Source of the DNA: Curvularia clavata
Taxonomy: Eukaryota
Assembly (NCBI GenBank): GCA_023920165.1
Contig: CP089274.1
Span: 4,464,001 to 4,528,000 of the forward strand
Direction of reading: 5' to 3'
DNA length: 64,000 bases
Positions 61,698 through 64,000 of this stretch are shown here, one piece after another. The notes beneath the pieces are model-generated. The model had not been told where the DNA came from and did no database searches. It was given only the letters and a program-made list of their open reading frames with translations. Numbering within the stretch: the stretch's first letter is position 1; every line of letters starts with the position of its first letter. The position numbers and the translations under genes were made by a program.

Positions 61698-63222
61698 TTA
61701 TTCATATGCGCTGAGATCCAATGGAACACTGCTGCCTCGTCCAGCGCGGTATTTCTTCGGGCTGTTGGTGAATTCTCTAGGTCGCGGAAATTGGCCCTCG
61801 TCCTGAAACCTCCACCTCAAGTCATGAATCGGTCTGACCCTACCTTTCTGACCTCCACCGGAACTGGTCGGGCTCTTTATGCTTGATCCGCCGTTTGTCA
61901 AGGTGTACGAGCTCGGGTCCATCATAGAGCGTAAGGGCGTCTGAGTAGATTGTCGGCTAGGGGGCGCAACGGCTGGCGGAGGAGGCGCTGGCGCAGCCGG
62001 TGGTGATGCTGGGGGAGGTGGTGGCGGTGCAGCAGGCGACGAGCGACCATAGGCATTTCGAGCCGCCGTTTCTGCGAGCGACGGGGCATGTCCGTTTGGA
62101 GGCGGAGGGGGCGCAGGTATTGATGGCGCGTGAGAACTGTATCTGTAGGGATCGTACTCGTCGTCGTCCGTCGGGTTCGCTGGCGGTGGAGCTGAAGGAG
62201 GTGGAGGTGGAGTCGATCGCGCCGGTGCTCGAGGCGCTGGTGAAGGAGGCAGAGGGGGTGCTGGTGGGGCTCCGGTAGGCCGAGGAGACGTTGAAGTAGG
62301 AGGCGGCGGCGGTGGTGCAGAAGGCGTGGAAGTTGGAGGTGGTGGTGGTGGAGCGGGTGGGGCGCTTCCCGGCACAGGTGGTGCCCGAGCTGGAGAGGGT
62401 GCTGGCGGTGGAGGAGCAAGGCCAGACGGCTTTCGAGATGACGGAGGCGGAATAGGCGGCTTCTTTCCAATCGGCGGTGGAGGCTTTGGCTTTCCGCTGA
62501 TACTCGATGCTACTGAAGAAGGTCGGGAATCGGCGCCTCGCAGGGCGTTGATGCCTGGGCGTATGCCCGGCACTGGCGGAGCCGGAGGAGCAGAAGGAGG
62601 AGGGCCTGGTGGCTTTGGTGCTGCTCCTCGCGGCGGTGTAGGTACTGAGGCACGATTTGATTCGGGATCTGAGAGGTATGGCGCATGTTCTTGGTCTGCG
62701 CCAGTCTTGACGCCGCCTGACTTCCTCAGCTTCGGCATGCCTCCAGCGAACAATCCCGCCAGCTGTGGTGCGGCAGCCATTCCGCCCCCTCCATCATTGG
62801 TATCGCTGTTACTTCTCGCACGGTTTGCTCCCCCAGGAACTGGCGGCGCAAGTCCAGGCACCGCGGGCGGCTTGCCCATGCCAGGAATTGCAGGTGCTCC
62901 CATAGGCGCCGCGCTTGGCCCGTCGCTCACCTTGCCTACGATTGGCGCCGACCGGTCGTTGATTTGTGTGACTTTCCTTAGCTTTGTGCCCTTGCTGATG
63001 TCTCCTAAGAGCGCTCCCTGCGGCCCATTAGCTGAAGCTCTTTGATGCCCAACTTGCAGAACCGCAGTTTTCGGTTCGTCTGCCATGAATGGAACATACT
63101 CTTCCTGCTCCTGAAGGCGGTTTTCCTCCTGGTCCTTTGCCCAGCATCGGGGGAGGTGGTGGCCCTCCAGCTCCTCGACCCATGGGCGGCATGGGCGGAG
63201 GCGGAGGGGGTGGTGGTGGCAT
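61698..63222 (-). CDS. VRP1: Verprolin / WIP-like proline-rich actin regulator
   Basis: MPPPPPPPPP start; intron 63099-63018; WH2 motifs GALLGDISKGTKLRKV and LAGLFAGGMPKLRK; C-terminal RWRFQDEGQFPRPREF..YRAGRGSSVPLDL. Confidence 0.9.
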
Positions 63223-63468
63223 GGTGGAATGGATACTGCGCTTCGATTCAGGTGTGTTCTCTGTTGCTGATTGTAAAAAGTCCCGTGTGTATATGCAGTC
63301 TCTGACTGCTTGGTTGTGTATGTCGGCGTTCACAAAGTGTCGTGATCAAGTGACGGTTGTGGTTGGAACATTCCGTCACAGCTTGGCATCTGGCACCCCA
63401 ATCCTCAGCCACCCACCGCTGCGTCACCCGAACTTCACTGCGCCCGACGTGGGATCGACCAACACCCA

Positions 63469-64000
63469 ATGCCGCCTGCAAAACTGCCGATGCGCGCCCA
63501 GTCGCGCCCAGTATGTCAATTGTGCGACTACATACTGCGGCAGCCTGGAAATCGCCGCGCGTTTCGGCTCACTTCAACCGTCAAGGCCCCCGCGACAAGG
63601 CGGCAAACTGCGCCAGCGTCTGCTCTAGTCGCCCAATTACCCGTCCGACGCATTACGACGACAGCCCGGAAGGCAGCAGAGGTTGAGAATGGCAATGATG
63701 AAAGCTTGCAAACATCGGAGCGGATTGCAGCGTTGAAGGCAAATTTGGCTGCGGTAGAGGCTCGAATTCGAGAAATATATGATTCACCAAAGGTTGAGCC
63801 GGAAGCAAAAGCCTTGGAGGCACTGGAGGGTTTAGCAGACATTGCTCAACAAGCGATAGCCATACGCTCCCAACAGCCCCTACGAACAAAAGCGCCAATA
63901 AGACAGAGTTCGGCTGGTGCAATACTATCTGGGCTCGGCAGCGATGAGGGCGAAAGAAATGAAAAGAAGACCAGATCGAAGCAACTAGGGCTTGACGCGC
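63469..64000 (+). CDS. 5' part of an unidentified protein, possibly mitochondrially targeted; truncated by the window end
   Basis: Manually read open frame from ATG 63469 (MPPAKLPMRAQSRPVCQLCDYILRQ..RRITTTARKAAE..) with no stop to 64000. Arg/Ser/Thr-rich N-terminus. Absent from the ORF track because it has no stop. Confidence 0.65.
   Translation, partial: MPPAKLPMRAQSRPVCQLCDYILRQPGNRRAFRLTSTVKAPATRRQTAPASALVAQLPVRRITTTARKAAEVENGNDESLQTSERIAALKANLAAVEARIREIYDSPKVEPEAKALEALEGLADIAQQAIAIRSQQPLRTKAPIRQSSAGAILSGLGSDEGERNEKKTRSKQLGLDA

Noticed and set aside
62326..63045. 239-aa Gly-rich + strand ORF and similar antisense ORFs over the laccase, Sir2 and Thr-rich genes
   Set aside because: These are antisense shadows of biased or proline-rich coding sequence.
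1..64000. tRNA, rRNA, CRISPR arrays, secondary-metabolite backbone genes
   Set aside because: None recognised. The 126-bp repeats are WD40-coding, and the laccase, GNAT and ABC genes have no PKS or NRPS nearby.

Overview
This is eukaryotic, intron-containing DNA from a filamentous ascomycete; the gene style suggests a Dothideomycete/Pleosporales, which is an inference. The window opens inside an HNWD-type fungal NLR (HET-NACHT-WD40 with near-identical 126-bp repeats), with a RIP-degraded pogo/Fot1 transposase relic just upstream. It continues through mostly conserved genes: GNAT, WDR48/Bun107-like, mitochondrial SAM carrier, TCAB1/Swt21-like WD40, laccase, a secreted Thr-rich protein, RNase P/MRP subunit Rpp40, F-box, Sir2, PL3 pectate lyase, a ~3129-aa DUF6606/DUF3638/DUF3645 protein with an SF2-helicase-like ATPase module, two conserved hypotheticals, a divergent Zn2Cys6 TF / PDR-type ABC transporter pair, verprolin, and a gene truncated by the window end. 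The most striking unexplained feature is the ~3.6-kb ORF-poor interval 18840-22490. It follows a TATA box and folds by eye into nested long-range helices and tight multiway junctions whose G-U pairs point to the + strand, suggesting a very large structured ncRNA that I cannot match to a known family. It ends tail-to-tail with RPP40. All structure calls were made by eye and need computational and covariation confirmation.
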